Below are positions 28,361 through 39,661 of a stretch of DNA of 64,000 bases, in pieces. Source of the stretch: an uncultured Puniceicoccaceae bacterium. GTDB taxonomy: Bacteria > Verrucomicrobiota > Verrucomicrobiia > Opitutales > Oceanipulchritudinaceae. The notes beneath the pieces were generated by a model that worked only from the letters and a program-made list of their open reading frames with translations, was not told the origin of the DNA and ran no database searches. Location of the stretch: contig CAWVVV010000001.1 in NCBI GenBank assembly GCA_963933835.1, forward strand, positions 96,001 to 160,000, written 5' to 3'. The first letter of the stretch is position 1. Each line of letters opens with the position of its first letter. Both the position numbers and the translations under genes were made by a program.

Positions 28361-31263
28361 AGCAGTGCCTCGAAAAGAATCCCGGCTGGGTGTTGGGCCG
28401 TGCGTCCTGTTCCATCGTGAATCTGGTGACGGCAGGAGGTGCCGGGGGCGGCGATCAGGACGTCGTCAGGTTGTTCCCTGACAGAGGGAAAGAGAACGAG
28501 TTCTCCGATCTGCATCGAAAGTTCGTAGTGTTCTTTCTCATACCCGAAAGAACCCGCCATGCCGCAGCAACCTGAAGGGATCATGTGAACCTTGTAGCCT
28601 TGAGGAATCTGAAGGGCGCGCACGGTTGGAACGACGGATGCGAGGGCTTTCTGGAAGCAATGACCGTGGAGTTTGATCAACTGCTCCTTCGCGACAAACT
28701 GACTCGACTGGATACGGCCTGCCTCGTGTTCACGGACAATGAATTCATCGAACATCAGACAGTGCTTCGCGAGCGCCCTCGCCTCTTCTTTGAGCGGTCC
28801 CTCGGCGAGATCGATGTATTCATCGCGAAAGCTCAAAATGGCCGCCGGCTCGATGCCGATGAGCGGCGTGTCCTCAGAAATGAGGTCGGCCAATTTTCGA
28901 ACATTCTCATTCGCGATCTCCTTCGCGTTGCGCACGAGGCCCTTGGAGAGCCAGGTGCGTGCGCTTTCGAGGTGATCGGGTATAACGACCTCGTAGCCGA
29001 GGCGTTCGAGTAGGCGCACGGTCTTTTGCCCAAGGGGCACATCATTAAAATCGGTGAACTCATCGCAGAAGAGATAGACCTTCCGTGGGGCCTTCGTCGC
29101 TGGTTGTCCTTTCCACCACTTCTTCAGAGTCGTCGCATGCAGCTGCGGAATCGTCCGATCAGGATGAAACCCGACGACTCGATTGAGTAAGCGCCGCGAC
29201 CACTGGGTGCCAAACAAAGCATTCCAAATCCAAGGTACCACCGAAGCGACTCGACTCATGCGGGTGAAGTTTGTGATCAGCCGTGTCCGCAGTGGCACTC
29301 CATGGGCATCCGTGTAGTGCTGCTGAAACTCGGCCTTAAGCTTGGCCATATCGACATTCGATGGGCACTCAGATTTGCAGCCCTTACAGGAGAGGCAGAG
29401 ATCAAGCACCTCATTGACCTCGTCACTATCGAACGGATTCTTGGGATCTTTCGGATGCGTCAGCGCATCTCGCAAGATGTTGGCGCGAGCACGCGTCGTC
29501 TCTTTTTCATTACGCGTCGCCATGTAGCTCGGGCACATCGTTCCGCCCGCCAAAAATCCCTTTCGGCAGTCGCCCGATCCATTGCAGTTTTCCGCCGCAC
29601 GCAAAACGCCCTGAGTTTCGGAGAAATCAAATACCGTCTCAATTTCGCGCGGCGGGCTCTGCGGCCCATGGCGCAAAGCGGTATCCATCGGCGGGGTGTC
29701 GATGATCTTGCCCGGATTAAAAATCTCATGGGAATCAAAGGCCTCCTTCATCCGCCGCATCATCGCGTAGCACTCCTCGCCGACCATGAAGGGAATGAAC
29801 TCGCCGCGCAGGCGACCGTCGCCGTGCTCACCGCTCAAGGAGCCTCGGTACTTCTTCACGAGCGCAGCAACATCCTCGGCCACCCCCCGAAAAGTTTTCA
29901 AACCCGCCTCGGTTTTGAGATCAAAGAATGGACGGGTGTGCAACTCCCCCGAACCGGCGTGGGCGTAATAGACACACTCTTTGCCATGCTTGTTTTTGAG
30001 CATCGCATCGAACTCCGCAATGTAGTCGGCCAGCTCAGTAACATCGACAGCGGTATCCTCGCAGACTTCGCGTGGTTTAGTGTCGCCTGGGACATTACTG
30101 ACAAGCCCCTGCCCTGCGCGTCGCAGCTCCCAAACCTTCGCCTCATCGGCGCCTTTAAGGACGGGGAAAGCGCATCCCAAACCCGTCGCCCTAATGTCTG
30201 CTTCGACCGCCGCAATGACACGATCGACCTCAGCGGCTTCATCCCGACGAATATCGACAACGAGAATCGCCCCTGGATCGCCTTGGACAAAGAAACGGTT
30301 TTTCTCCTGTTCACGATTACGCTTCGTTGCCTCGAGGATGAAACGGTCGAGCAACTCCACCCCAAAGGGTTGATGATTGAGCGTAGGCAAGACAGAGCGC
30401 AGAGCCTCATCGACGCTCTCGAAGTGAATACATAATAAGGCGCTGTGTTTCGGCGGCAAGGGGCTGCAATTGAGCTCAAACTCCGTCCCGAAAAACAAGG
30501 TCCCTTCCGAACCCGCAATCAACTTACAAAGATTAAACGGCTTCTCTGATGACGGATCAAAAACAGAAGCGTCCATCAACAGATCGAGGGCGTAGCCGGT
30601 ATTTCGGCGCGGGATGCTCGCCTTGGGAAAGTTCTCAGAAATCAGTTCTCGATTCACCGCATCTCCGAGCAGATCACGGCATTCGCGATAAATCGAAGCC
30701 TCCAACGAATCGCCCACGCACTTCTGTGCAAAAGCTTCGGGAGTGAGTGCTTCGAACGTCACCTCAGATCCGTCGCTCAAGAATCCACGACACGAAATCA
30801 GATGCTCGCGGGTAGAACCGTAAACGAGCGAGTTGGATCCACAGGAGTTATTACCCACCATCCCACCGATCATGGCGCGGTTCGCGGTCGAGGTTTCTGG
30901 TCCAAAGAGGAGACCCTGTGGAAGCAAGGCATGATTGAGCTCGTTGCGCACCACCCCGGGTTCGACCCGCACCCGCCGATGCTCGAGATCGATCGCGAGG
31001 ATACGGTTCAAGTGTCGCCCCGCATCCACTACGATACCGCCCCCTACTACCTGCCCTGCCAAGGAGGTGCCCGCCGTTCTAGGAATCAAACTCTGCCCGA
31101 CTTCCTTGGCGTAGTGAATCAGCTCACAGATATGCTCCGCCTTCTCTGGAAAAGCGACCGCCGCCGGCAATTCCTGATACTCCGAAGCATCCGTCGCATA
31201 TAACTTGCGCAGGGTCGGACCCGTTTCGAAAGCGAAGGAAAAGTCTGTTGGAGTCTGAACCAT
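28321..31263 (-). CDS. FAD-binding (Fe-S) oxidoreductase, YdiJ-like
   Basis: YATDAS, GTSLAGQ, GSEGTL, SGEHGDG, CNGSGDC...MCP, CLSCKGCKSECP, CCGMAGSFG. Confidence 0.92.
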   Translation of the reverse strand: MVQTPTDFSFAFETGPTLRKLYATDASEYQELPAAVAFPEKAEHICELIHYAKEVGQSLIPRTAGTSLAGQVVGGGIVVDAGRHLNRILAIDLEHRRVRVEPGVVRNELNHALLPQGLLFGPETSTANRAMIGGMVGNNSCGSNSLVYGSTREHLISCRGFLSDGSEVTFEALTPEAFAQKCVGDSLEASIYRECRDLLGDAVNRELISENFPKASIPRRNTGYALDLLMDASVFDPSSEKPFNLCKLIAGSEGTLFFGTEFELNCSPLPPKHSALLCIHFESVDEALRSVLPTLNHQPFGVELLDRFILEATKRNREQEKNRFFVQGDPGAILVVDIRRDEAAEVDRVIAAVEADIRATGLGCAFPVLKGADEAKVWELRRAGQGLVSNVPGDTKPREVCEDTAVDVTELADYIAEFDAMLKNKHGKECVYYAHAGSGELHTRPFFDLKTEAGLKTFRGVAEDVAALVKKYRGSLSGEHGDGRLRGEFIPFMVGEECYAMMRRMKEAFDSHEIFNPGKIIDTPPMDTALRHGPQSPPREIETVFDFSETQGVLRAAENCNGSGDCRKGFLAGGTMCPSYMATRNEKETTRARANILRDALTHPKDPKNPFDSDEVNEVLDLCLSCKGCKSECPSNVDMAKLKAEFQQHYTDAHGVPLRTRLITNFTRMSRVASVVPWIWNALFGTQWSRRLLNRVVGFHPDRTIPQLHATTLKKWWKGQPATKAPRKVYLFCDEFTDFNDVPLGQKTVRLLERLGYEVVIPDHLESARTWLSKGLVRNAKEIANENVRKLADLISEDTPLIGIEPAAILSFRDEYIDLAEGPLKEEARALAKHCLMFDEFIVREHEAGRIQSSQFVAKEQLIKLHGHCFQKALASVVPTVRALQIPQGYKVHMIPSGCCGMAGSFGYEKEHYELSMQIGELVLFPSVREQPDDVLIAAPGTSCRHQIHDGTGRTAQHPAGILFEALLTAETAVPTFTVG

Positions 31264-31360
31264 ACTACCCTGATAGCATCAACGCAGTATCGATCTGATG
31301 CCAGCCTTACACATCTACGACTGGTAGATAGCGCTTCCCCCAGGCAAACAGAACCAAACC

Positions 31361-32206
31361 TTAGAGCCGGCAGGTCTTAATCTCGTGGGCGATAATGCCC
31401 TTGGCACCGAGTGAACTGAGCTGGTCGATGATCTTGTTCAGACCTCGGCTCTTCACCATCGCCGCAATCGCGACCCATTCTGGGTCCGAAACAGGCGACA
31501 CCGTCGGGCTCTTCACCCCAGGGGTGATCGCGCAAGCGGCATCCTTTTGCGTAACCGGCACGACATACTCGAGTAGAACATAATTCTTCGCGACAAGGAT
31601 TCCCTCCAAGCGCTCTTTCAAGGACGCAAGCTCAGGAGCCTCTTTCGCACCCTTCCGTGAAATCAGAATCGCCTCGGAGCGCATGACAGGCTCGCCGACA
31701 ATCTTAAGTCCGGCTTCATAGAGGGTCCGACCGCTTTCGACGACGTCTGCGATGACATCGGCAACGCCGAGTTGGATCGAAATCTCAACCGCACCATCGA
31801 GGCGCACGACCTCGGCCTTGACGCCCCGCGCAGCCAAATCTTGGCGGACGATATTGGGGTAGCTCGTGGCGATGCGTTTGCCGCCGAAATCTTCCGGCAG
31901 CCAATCATGCTCTGCTGGCACAGCGTAGCAAAAACGACTTCCACCAAACCCGAGCGCGAGCGTTTCCTCGACATCAGAATTGCTGTCTGCGGCAAGATCA
32001 CGACCGGTGACTCCAGCATCGACGATCCCTTTGCTTACATAGATCGCGATATCGCGGGGGCGTAGAAAAATGAATTCGACCTCATGGTCGCTGTCGCGCA
32101 CGACGAGCTCCCGGCTATAGCGTTTGCAGCGATAGCCAGCGTTTGTAAGCAGTTGAACAGCCTTCTCTGAGAGGGCACCTTTGTTGGGAACCGCGAGTTG
32201 AAACAT
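31361..32206 (-). CDS. hisG: ATP phosphoribosyltransferase (long form)
   Basis: LAVPNKG, RPRDI, RIATSYP, GAVE, DVVESGRTL, PGVKSPT. Confidence 0.96.
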   Translation of the reverse strand: MFQLAVPNKGALSEKAVQLLTNAGYRCKRYSRELVVRDSDHEVEFIFLRPRDIAIYVSKGIVDAGVTGRDLAADSNSDVEETLALGFGGSRFCYAVPAEHDWLPEDFGGKRIATSYPNIVRQDLAARGVKAEVVRLDGAVEISIQLGVADVIADVVESGRTLYEAGLKIVGEPVMRSEAILISRKGAKEAPELASLKERLEGILVAKNYVLLEYVVPVTQKDAACAITPGVKSPTVSPVSDPEWVAIAAMVKSRGLNKIIDQLSSLGAKGIIAHEIKTCRL

Positions 32207-32271
32207 AGTGGCAGAAGTGGTTTTGGGTTCGCTCAAGGGCAAGTCAAAAGCTCGAGAGCAGAGCGGCGCGA

Positions 32272-32535
32272 CTAGAGGTGCTTATAGACGTCTTCGAGAC
32301 TGATATCCTTCGCGAGCATCATCACTTGGAGGTGATAGATGAGCTGAGAGATCTCCTCAGCGCAGGCTTCCTTGCTCTCAAAACGGGCCGCCATCCAGAC
32401 TTCACCCGCCTCCTCATTGATCTTTTTACCGATGAAGTGAGGGCCTTTTTCTAGAGCTTTTACGGTACCCGATGCCGGATCACCGCTGGCGGCCTTTGCG
32501 CCCAATTCCTCCCAAAGGGACTCGAAAGTTTTCAT
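32272..32535 (-). CDS. hisE: Phosphoribosyl-ATP pyrophosphatase
   Basis: [18 protein letters not shown]; adjacent to hisG. Confidence 0.95.
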   Translation of the reverse strand: MKTFESLWEELGAKAASGDPASGTVKALEKGPHFIGKKINEEAGEVWMAARFESKEACAEEISQLIYHLQVMMLAKDISLEDVYKHL

Positions 32536-32823
32536 ATTGCGCTAGAAGTTGAGCCAATCACTACAGGCGCGAAAGCATAATCTTTCGGTGATCAGGGCGT
32601 TCTTGGCATCCCTATGCCATCTCGGGCTCTAATCGCGTTTTTTTTTTACATCCTACGATTGCCAGCACACCTCAGAATTCGTATGAATTTAGCCTTCTTA
32701 GTAAAAAAACACACCTTTGACGCAATCTGTAAAAAACCGTGCCGATATAATGATGCACGTAGAGTTGGTCCCAGAATGGAGCCAAACACCATAAAGAACT
32801 TATATTAACCCCAGGAGCCAACA

Positions 32824-33567
32824 ATGGCACAGCCTAAACCGCTAATACTTGTAGTCGAAGATGACAAACAGATCGCCCAAATGGTGGGCGAACAACTCGA
32901 ATTTGCCGGAATGCAGACTCAGGTTTGCCACCGCGTTGCCAACGCTTTGCGCTTTCTCGAGACGAATTTCGCCAATCTCATCCTTTTAGATGTGAATCTC
33001 CCCGATCAGACTGGCTTTGCCATGGTCGAAGAGATGCGAAAGCGAAACATCCACGCACCAGTCATCTTTTTAACTGCTGACAACAGCGAGATCTATAAGG
33101 TCAAGGGCCTAGAAATGGGCGTAGATGACTACATCACCAAGCCTTTCAGCTTCCCTGAGCTCATCGCACGCATCCATGCAGTCCTGCGCCGCGCCGAGAC
33201 CGCCCACGACAACCACGTCACGCAAAATGCATCGGTCTCAGCCGAACCTTTTGACTTCTGTGGAGCTCTGGTGCGCCCCGAGCAGCTCATTATTGAATTT
33301 CCAAACGGTGAGACGCAGAAGATCGGAAAGAAGGAATTGGGCATTCTCGCCTACCTCTCTTCTAACACCAACACGGTCATCACGCGTCGTAGTCTCATCC
33401 ACTCAGTGTGGGGCATCCACGCCGATATTCGCAGCCGCAGTCTCGACCAATACATCGTCAAGATCCGTGGAGCCTACGTTAAGAACGGACTGAACCTTGA
33501 TCAATTCAAGACAATCCACGGCGTCGGCTACACTTACAGCGTTGAAGTCGCGGCACCCGCCGGTTGA
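32824..33567 (+). CDS. OmpR/PhoB-family response regulator (orphan)
   Basis: VVEDD, LLDVNLP, DDYITKPF and C-terminal TIHGVGY. Confidence 0.93.
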   Translation: MAQPKPLILVVEDDKQIAQMVGEQLEFAGMQTQVCHRVANALRFLETNFANLILLDVNLPDQTGFAMVEEMRKRNIHAPVIFLTADNSEIYKVKGLEMGVDDYITKPFSFPELIARIHAVLRRAETAHDNHVTQNASVSAEPFDFCGALVRPEQLIIEFPNGETQKIGKKELGILAYLSSNTNTVITRRSLIHSVWGIHADIRSRSLDQYIVKIRGAYVKNGLNLDQFKTIHGVGYTYSVEVAAPAG

Positions 33568-33599
33568 TCGATCCTCCTTAGGATAAGTTCTTTTAAGAG

Positions 33600-33631
33600 A
33601 AACCGCCGCGACGAAAGTCCGGCGGTTTTTT
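33600..33631 (+). terminator. Terminator between convergent genes
   Basis: AAACCGCCG...GAAA...CGGCGGTTTTTT. Confidence 0.8.
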
Positions 33632-33647
33632 CGTGCCCAAGCGGCAA

Positions 33648-34520
33648 CTACTCGCGTCCGAGGCGTTTTCGGGCGCTCTGTGCGGAGGCAGTCATTTCCA
33701 TTTCTTCGAGGAGCCCGATGGCGCGATCTTCGTCGATCGGAATAGGTGCATCCAAGGGCGAGCAGTCGTAGCCAGTTTCGAGGAGCGTCATCTTGAGATT
33801 GCGGCGGATGTCGTCCTGCTGGGCGTGCACCATACGTTGAAAACGCTTCGGCATGATCTCGCCACAGTTTTCGATAACCCCCTCAATCGAACGGTATTGC
33901 CGCAGCCACTTGACCGCTGTCTTCGGTCCAACCCCTTTGACACCGGGAATATTATCCGAGGTGTCGCCGATGAGCGCGAGGTAGTCGGGAATGAGTTTTG
34001 GCGGAATACCAAATTTGTCCTCCACCCCACCGCTATCGAGGCGACGCCATCCGAGGCGAGGATTGGCCGTGGGAGGCGGCAAAAGTTGCGAGACTTGCGG
34101 GCCGACGAGCTGAGCGAGGTCTTTGTCTGCACTCACGATAATCGCTTCGTCACCGCGCTCGGCGATGCGTTTGGCGTAAGCCCCGATCAGATCATCTGCC
34201 TCGACCCCGTCTTGCTCGATGCCCCCGTAGCCCATCGCACGCGTCCATTCTTTGACGACGGGGATCTGCTTCACGAGATCTTCCGGCGTATCGCCGCGGT
34301 TAGCTTTGTAGTCTGGATGGAGATCGAGCTGCCGCTTCGGTGCTCCCAGATCGAAGAAGACGATGATGCGATCTGGCTCCACACGGTCGGCCACCCACCA
34401 TAAGGAACGCACCCAGCCATGGAGCGCCCCCGTCGGAAAGCCATCTTTGCGGGTAAGCTCAGGCATCCCGTAGTATGCGCGAAAAACAAGGTTGAAACCA
34501 TCGATGAGAGCAATCTTCAC
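33648..34520 (-). CDS. Stand-alone 5'-3' exonuclease (PolA N-terminal/FEN-like)
   Basis: LIDGFNLVFRAYY, YKANR, EADDLIG, SADKDLAQL, GDTSDNIPGVKGVGPKTA; GTG start at 34520. Confidence 0.9.
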   Translation of the reverse strand: MKIALIDGFNLVFRAYYGMPELTRKDGFPTGALHGWVRSLWWVADRVEPDRIIVFFDLGAPKRQLDLHPDYKANRGDTPEDLVKQIPVVKEWTRAMGYGGIEQDGVEADDLIGAYAKRIAERGDEAIIVSADKDLAQLVGPQVSQLLPPPTANPRLGWRRLDSGGVEDKFGIPPKLIPDYLALIGDTSDNIPGVKGVGPKTAVKWLRQYRSIEGVIENCGEIMPKRFQRMVHAQQDDIRRNLKMTLLETGYDCSPLDAPIPIDEDRAIGLLEEMEMTASAQSARKRLGRE

Positions 34521-34650
34521 AATGACGAAACCTGACAGCACACTACTTCGCTGACTAGTCAGAATTCGGGAATGAGAGAATAATAATGCATTGCAATGTC
34601 CCCATGCACTTCCGATTGCATTTTCAGTATCAGGCGATTGCCTCAACTGT

Positions 34651-36228
34651 ATGTCTTGGGAACGTTTCAAACAACATTACTGCGCGCCAACAGGGGTAGA
34701 TCTCACGCTCGATATCAGTCGGATGCAATTTGCCGACGGTTTTCTGACCGAAATGGAGCCTCGTCTCCAGAAGGCCTACAGCGCCATGCAGGCGCTCGAA
34801 AAAGGTGCCATCGCCAATCCCGACGAAGGCCGCATGGTCGGTCACTACTGGTTGCGCGCCGCTGAATTGGCGCCGACCAATGAGCTCACGGTAGCGATTA
34901 ACGGCGCTGTCGAAGATATCAAAACCTTCGCCGCCGATGTGCACGCGGGAAAGATCACTGGCGAAGGTGGTGCTTTCGAACACCTCCTCATCATCGGCAT
35001 CGGTGGCAGCGCACTCGGCCCGCAGTTCGTCGCTGAAGCGCTCGGCCAGCCCGGTGAAGACCGCCTCCTAGTTCACTTTTTCGACAACACCGATCCAGAC
35101 GGACTCGACAAGACGCTCGCCGACCTGCGCGGGAAATTGAGCAAGACGATCGCCATCGTCATCTCGAAGAGTGGCGGCACACCTGAGACCCGCAACGGGA
35201 TGCTCGAAGCAGCCCAGGCATACCTTTCCGAAGGCCTCGACTTTGCCAAGCACGCCGTCGCCGTGACAGGCGAAGGCTCGAAGCTCGACCAAGTCGCGGT
35301 TGCTGATGGCTGGATCACTCGCTTCCCAATGTGGGACTGGGTCGGTGGTCGCACGAGTGAGATCGCAACCGTCGGTCTCCTCCCTGCCGCTCTTCAAGGA
35401 CTCGATATTTCAGGTATTCTCGAAGGCGCTGCCAAGATGGATGCCTGCACCCGCAGCACGACAACGGCTGAAAACCCAGCCGCCCTCCTCGCCGCGATGT
35501 GGTATCATGCGACCAACGGCAAAGGCGAAAAAGACATGGTCGTCCTCCCCTACAAGGACCGCCTCGCCCTCTTCTCAAAGTATCTCCAGCAGCTCATCAT
35601 GGAGAGCCTAGGAAAAGAGAAAGATCTCGACGGCAACGTCGTCCTTCAAGGCATCGCGGTCTATGGCAACAAAGGCTCAACTGACCAACACGCTTACGTG
35701 CAGCAACTGCGCGAAGGAGTGAACAACTTCTTTGCGACCTTTATCGAAGTGACCCGCGATCGCGAAGGCGCTTCGATCGAAGTCGAAGAGAACACTACGA
35801 GTGGTGATTTCCTCAACGCCTTCTTCCTCGGCACGCGCGCTGCGCTCGCTGAAACCGGCCGTGAGTCGATCACGATAACTGTGCCGGAGGTGTCCTCCTC
35901 CGTCGTCGGGCAACTCATCGCCCTCTACGAACGCGCGGTCGGACTCTACGCCTCTCTTGTAAACATCAACGCCTACCACCAACCGGGTGTTGAAGCGGGC
36001 AAAAAAGCTGCCACGACCTTCCTCGGCATGAAGCAGGGCGTTGTTCAAGTCCTCGCCTCAGGCGAAGCGCTGACCGTCGACGAGATCACCGCCAAGCTCA
36101 CCGATGGCGATGCCGAAACCGTCTTTAAACTCCTCGAGCACCTCGTCGCGAACCCAAGCAAAGGCGTAACCAAAACCGCCGGTAGCGACCCCTTCAGCGC
36201 GACCTATAAGTTCGTCGCCCAAGGATAA
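34651..36228 (+). CDS. pgi: Glucose-6-phosphate isomerase
   Basis: [48 protein letters not shown]. Confidence 0.97.
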   Translation: MSWERFKQHYCAPTGVDLTLDISRMQFADGFLTEMEPRLQKAYSAMQALEKGAIANPDEGRMVGHYWLRAAELAPTNELTVAINGAVEDIKTFAADVHAGKITGEGGAFEHLLIIGIGGSALGPQFVAEALGQPGEDRLLVHFFDNTDPDGLDKTLADLRGKLSKTIAIVISKSGGTPETRNGMLEAAQAYLSEGLDFAKHAVAVTGEGSKLDQVAVADGWITRFPMWDWVGGRTSEIATVGLLPAALQGLDISGILEGAAKMDACTRSTTTAENPAALLAAMWYHATNGKGEKDMVVLPYKDRLALFSKYLQQLIMESLGKEKDLDGNVVLQGIAVYGNKGSTDQHAYVQQLREGVNNFFATFIEVTRDREGASIEVEENTTSGDFLNAFFLGTRAALAETGRESITITVPEVSSSVVGQLIALYERAVGLYASLVNINAYHQPGVEAGKKAATTFLGMKQGVVQVLASGEALTVDEITAKLTDGDAETVFKLLEHLVANPSKGVTKTAGSDPFSATYKFVAQG

Positions 36229-36258
36229 GAGCCGACAATGTATCCAGTTTAATCCTAC

Positions 36259-36291
36259 AAAAGCGCTTCCTTTCGAGGGGGCGCTTTTTTT
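36259..36291 (+). terminator. Terminator after pgi
   Basis: AAAAGCGCTTCCT-TTCG-AGGGGGCGCTTTTTTT. Confidence 0.85.
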
Positions 36292-36388
36292 GAATCCAGA
36301 CGAAAACAAATAGGTCGTTGATGTTTTTGTCGGTATATCGCTCAGAGCCTTGCTTAACTGTAATTGAGCGTGATACTAAAAAACCGTT

Positions 36389-36688
36389 ATGGATAGCAGA
36401 CTGTTATTAGGGTTTAGGATCTTGAGGATTCTTTTAGGTGTCACATCCGCTAACTGCCTAATTGGCGCTCAAAACGATCCAACCAGCATTGTGATCAACA
36501 ATTCAGAATTCGGCTCGATCAGCCGAACCAGTGCTGTGGTTAACGAAAGCTCCTCAAGCATTGACTTCGAATTCACCGCTCTTCTTGGAGCTGGCTTCCA
36601 TCAAGGTGAATCCTACGGACAACTGCGTTCCTATATGGAAAAGGCGCAGGACGAAAGCGCTCCTTTCGTTGCTTTACGTGCTCGCTAG
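36389..36688 (+). CDS. Hypothetical protein, possibly a truncated secreted-protein remnant
   Basis: 99-aa ORF with a signal-like N-terminus and no recognisable motif. Confidence 0.3.
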   Translation: MDSRLLLGFRILRILLGVTSANCLIGAQNDPTSIVINNSEFGSISRTSAVVNESSSSIDFEFTALLGAGFHQGESYGQLRSYMEKAQDESAPFVALRAR

Positions 36689-36747
36689 GATTCAATCGCT
36701 GATCTTCTTCCTTGTCAGAAACGATCTCCCATTTCTACCTCCTAAGC

Positions 36748-36909
36748 ATGCAACGCACATTCAAACTTTTCCTCCTCCTTGGATTCGCCCTCGGTCTACT
36801 CGCTCTAAGCGGTTGCCGTGCTATCATCGGCGACGAGAACGACTCACAGGTACCTCAATCTGAGCCTGCAAGCTGGGAAGGCCAAGTGCCTGGCATGCCT
36901 ACGCGCTAG
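36748..36909 (+). CDS. Small lipoprotein
   Basis: MQRTFKLFLLLGFALGLLALSG-C lipobox; tail PASWEGQVPGM. Confidence 0.7.
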   Translation: MQRTFKLFLLLGFALGLLALSGCRAIIGDENDSQVPQSEPASWEGQVPGMPTR

Positions 36910-38501
36910 GCTTCTTCGGAAGGACCGCCGAGGTTCGCCACTTGATAGGTGGGATCGTCGGGGAGAATCACGATGTCGACCATGCTGCCTGCCTTGCGGA
37001 GCAGCACGCGGCAATTGGCGCTAATGTGCTGGAGATGCAGCGTCTTCTTTTCAGCACGGTAGCGCACTGCCAGCTTTTGAATCGCTTCCAGTCCGGAGTG
37101 ATCCCACACGCGTGAATCTTTGAAATCGATGATAACATCATCCGGATCGGTCGCCGGCGAAAACTCGTGTGTAAAGTCCGTCGTCGAACCAAAGAAGAGC
37201 GGGCCATGGAGGTAATAGACCTTAACCCCATCTGGGCGTGTTTCACTGTCCCGGTGGATGTGCTTGGCTGACTGCCATGCAAATACGAGGGCCGAAATGA
37301 CCACACCAGAGATCACCGCCAGGGCGAGATTGTGGGTGATCACGGTGACGGCCGAAACGAAGACGATGACGAAAGCGTCCGCCAGTGGGATTTTTCCAAG
37401 GATGCGCAGGCTCGACCACTCAAAGGTGCCGATCACGACCATGAACATAACTCCAGTCAGAGCCGCGAGGGGAATGCTCTCGATGAGATCGCTCGCATAA
37501 AGGATGAAGCAAACAAGGAAGACAGCTGCCGCGATACCGGAGAGTCGTCCACGTCCACCGGAGCGAACATTGATGATGCTCTGCCCGATCATCGCACAAC
37601 CACCCATACCCCCGAAAAAGCCATTCACGATGTTGGCGAGACCTTGCCCGACACACTCGCGGTTACTCTTGCCGCGCGTCTCCGTAAGCTCGTCGATGAG
37701 GGTCAGCGTCATGAGAGATTCGATCAGTCCGACGGCCGCGAGAGTTATGGCAAAAGGCGCCACAAAGATGACCGTATCCAGCGTCAACGGAACCCGAGGA
37801 ATCCCAAAAGAAGGGAGCGCGCCTTTGATCGAAGACATGTCACCCACGCTGAGCGTGTTCACATTTCCGAAGATCACGATACCGCTGACGACCACGATAG
37901 CGACGAGCGACGATGGCACCTGTGTCGTGAGGCGGGGTAAATATTGAATGATGAACATCGTGAGCAGAACGAGGCCACCCATCATGAAGAGCGAACTCCC
38001 AGAGAGCCATGCCGAGTCAGCCACAATCGGGTTTGTCGTAAACATCGGGAACTGCGCCTCGAAGATCACGATCGCGAGACCATTCACAAAACCGAACATC
38101 ACCGGTTGGGGAATCAAGCGGACAAAGCGTCCCAGCCTCAATGTGCCAAAGGAGATCTGAATCACACCCATCAATAGAAGAGTTACAAAGAGATACTGCA
38201 GGCCCATCCCTTCGCCGAGTCCCATCGCTACACCGCGCTCCTCACCGAGTAAAACGAGACTGACCATGATCACCGCAAGGGCACCTGTTGCACCCGAGAT
38301 CATGCCCGGACGACCACCCGCGATCGCTGTGATCAAGCAGACCATGAAAGCACCATAGAGCCCGACCAACGGTGGCACGCCAGCGATGATGGCGAAAGCA
38401 ACCGCTTCCGGCACGAGAGCCAGTGCGACGGTTAACCCTGAGAGAACATCGTCCTTCGCTTGGATGCGGTTTCCGAATTTACGGTAAATGAGCTTAAACA
38501 T
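36906..38501 (-). CDS. SulP-family inorganic anion transporter with STAS domain
   Basis: ALVPEAVAF, GGRPGMISGATGA, GGCAMIGQS, GPLFFGS, WDHSG. Confidence 0.93.
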   Translation of the reverse strand: MFKLIYRKFGNRIQAKDDVLSGLTVALALVPEAVAFAIIAGVPPLVGLYGAFMVCLITAIAGGRPGMISGATGALAVIMVSLVLLGEERGVAMGLGEGMGLQYLFVTLLLMGVIQISFGTLRLGRFVRLIPQPVMFGFVNGLAIVIFEAQFPMFTTNPIVADSAWLSGSSLFMMGGLVLLTMFIIQYLPRLTTQVPSSLVAIVVVSGIVIFGNVNTLSVGDMSSIKGALPSFGIPRVPLTLDTVIFVAPFAITLAAVGLIESLMTLTLIDELTETRGKSNRECVGQGLANIVNGFFGGMGGCAMIGQSIINVRSGGRGRLSGIAAAVFLVCFILYASDLIESIPLAALTGVMFMVVIGTFEWSSLRILGKIPLADAFVIVFVSAVTVITHNLALAVISGVVISALVFAWQSAKHIHRDSETRPDGVKVYYLHGPLFFGSTTDFTHEFSPATDPDDVIIDFKDSRVWDHSGLEAIQKLAVRYRAEKKTLHLQHISANCRVLLRKAGSMVDIVILPDDPTYQVANLGGPSEEA

Positions 38502-38632
38502 AATCTTATATAAAGTGTCTTCGTGGTGCTTTGAGGGCGCCCGATGCCGAGACCGGCAAAAGGCGCGCTATTGCGGCCCCGAAGCGAAAATAAGCAAGGG
38601 TAATATCCCAGCGACCGTTGCTAAGAGAGGCC

Positions 38633-39013
38633 CTAAGCCTCCGGGATTTGAAACTCAGTCAACAGCGCCTGAAAGGGCGGGAAAGGTTGAAGTCCATTCA
38701 AGTCCGGGTCGCGGAGCATCCAGGAAAAATCGTCATAGCCGTTCTCGATCGCTTCACGCAGTCGCGCGACGGCCTCCGCCTTGCGTTCCTTGAGGGCGAG
38801 GCTACAGGCAAGATTGTAAAGCGCGGTCGCATTGTCCGGCTGGAGGACGACAAGCTTTTGATCGAGCGCGAGGCCATCATCGATGCGCCCTACCCGCGTG
38901 TAGTATCCAGCGAGCATCTCGAGGACGTCTAGATGTTCGCCTGGCTCACGGAGGATGCACTCGAGAAATTCTATCTCGAAGGTAAGATCCTTCCCCTCGG
39001 CGTCGCGGATCAT
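38633..39013 (-). CDS. Small TPR protein
   Basis: [11 protein letters not shown]...LREAIENGY...DPDL. Confidence 0.8.
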   Translation of the reverse strand: MIRDAEGKDLTFEIEFLECILREPGEHLDVLEMLAGYYTRVGRIDDGLALDQKLVVLQPDNATALYNLACSLALKERKAEAVARLREAIENGYDDFSWMLRDPDLNGLQPFPPFQALLTEFQIPEA

Positions 39014-39489
39014 GATACCTCCTCAAAGTCCTCCGGAGTGATCGGACGCGCATGCACCTGCAAACGTTGCGAGACGGCAACGAGGCCGACTTTGCCCGCA
39101 ACGGACTTCGCATACCACTCAAGAAACGGTGCATCGATGTCGTAAATCTTGTCGTTCACGATATCGACCACCTGAGCCTTCTCGACCTGACGTCCGCGGC
39201 TCGCGAGGTAAAATTTGTAGTCCTTGCCGACGTCGATTTCCCGCACGAGGCCACTTTCAGTCAAAATCGGCAACGAACGGTAGACCGTCGCCCGCGAGAC
39301 TGAACGATCGATTTTCCACGCACAATCAAGCAGCTCTTCGGCGGTGAAATGGTCTGTCAGACTATAAGCCGCCTCAAAGATCGCCAGCCGCTGATTCGTG
39401 ATACGGAGGCCCTTCTTCCTTAAGAACTCTCGAAAAGTTTCGAGAGGCCCCTCTAGATCGGACGTTGACGGTTGAATCGGCTCAGACAT
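39010..39489 (-). CDS. Fur-family regulator, atypical
   Basis: [30 protein letters not shown] winged helix; metal-binding motifs are degenerate. Confidence 0.85.
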   Translation of the reverse strand: MSEPIQPSTSDLEGPLETFREFLRKKGLRITNQRLAIFEAAYSLTDHFTAEELLDCAWKIDRSVSRATVYRSLPILTESGLVREIDVGKDYKFYLASRGRQVEKAQVVDIVNDKIYDIDAPFLEWYAKSVAGKVGLVAVSQRLQVHARPITPEDFEEVS

Positions 39490-39661
39490 TCAATAAAAGC
39501 TTATTGAGACAGGTGTTACAAAAACAGCCCACCTAGCCCCTGCAAGAACTTTGTCGAATGCCCAGCCGCTCTAGGGCACCTCTGCAATCCTACTATGACC
39601 GAGACGAGTGCAATTTTAGTTTTGAGCAAGGCGACACTAGGCGCACGGGAGGCTTCCAAAG

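Noticed and set aside
32717..32751. TTGACG...TATAAT promoter for the response regulator
   Set aside because: The spacing of about 23 nt is too long for a sigma-70 pair.
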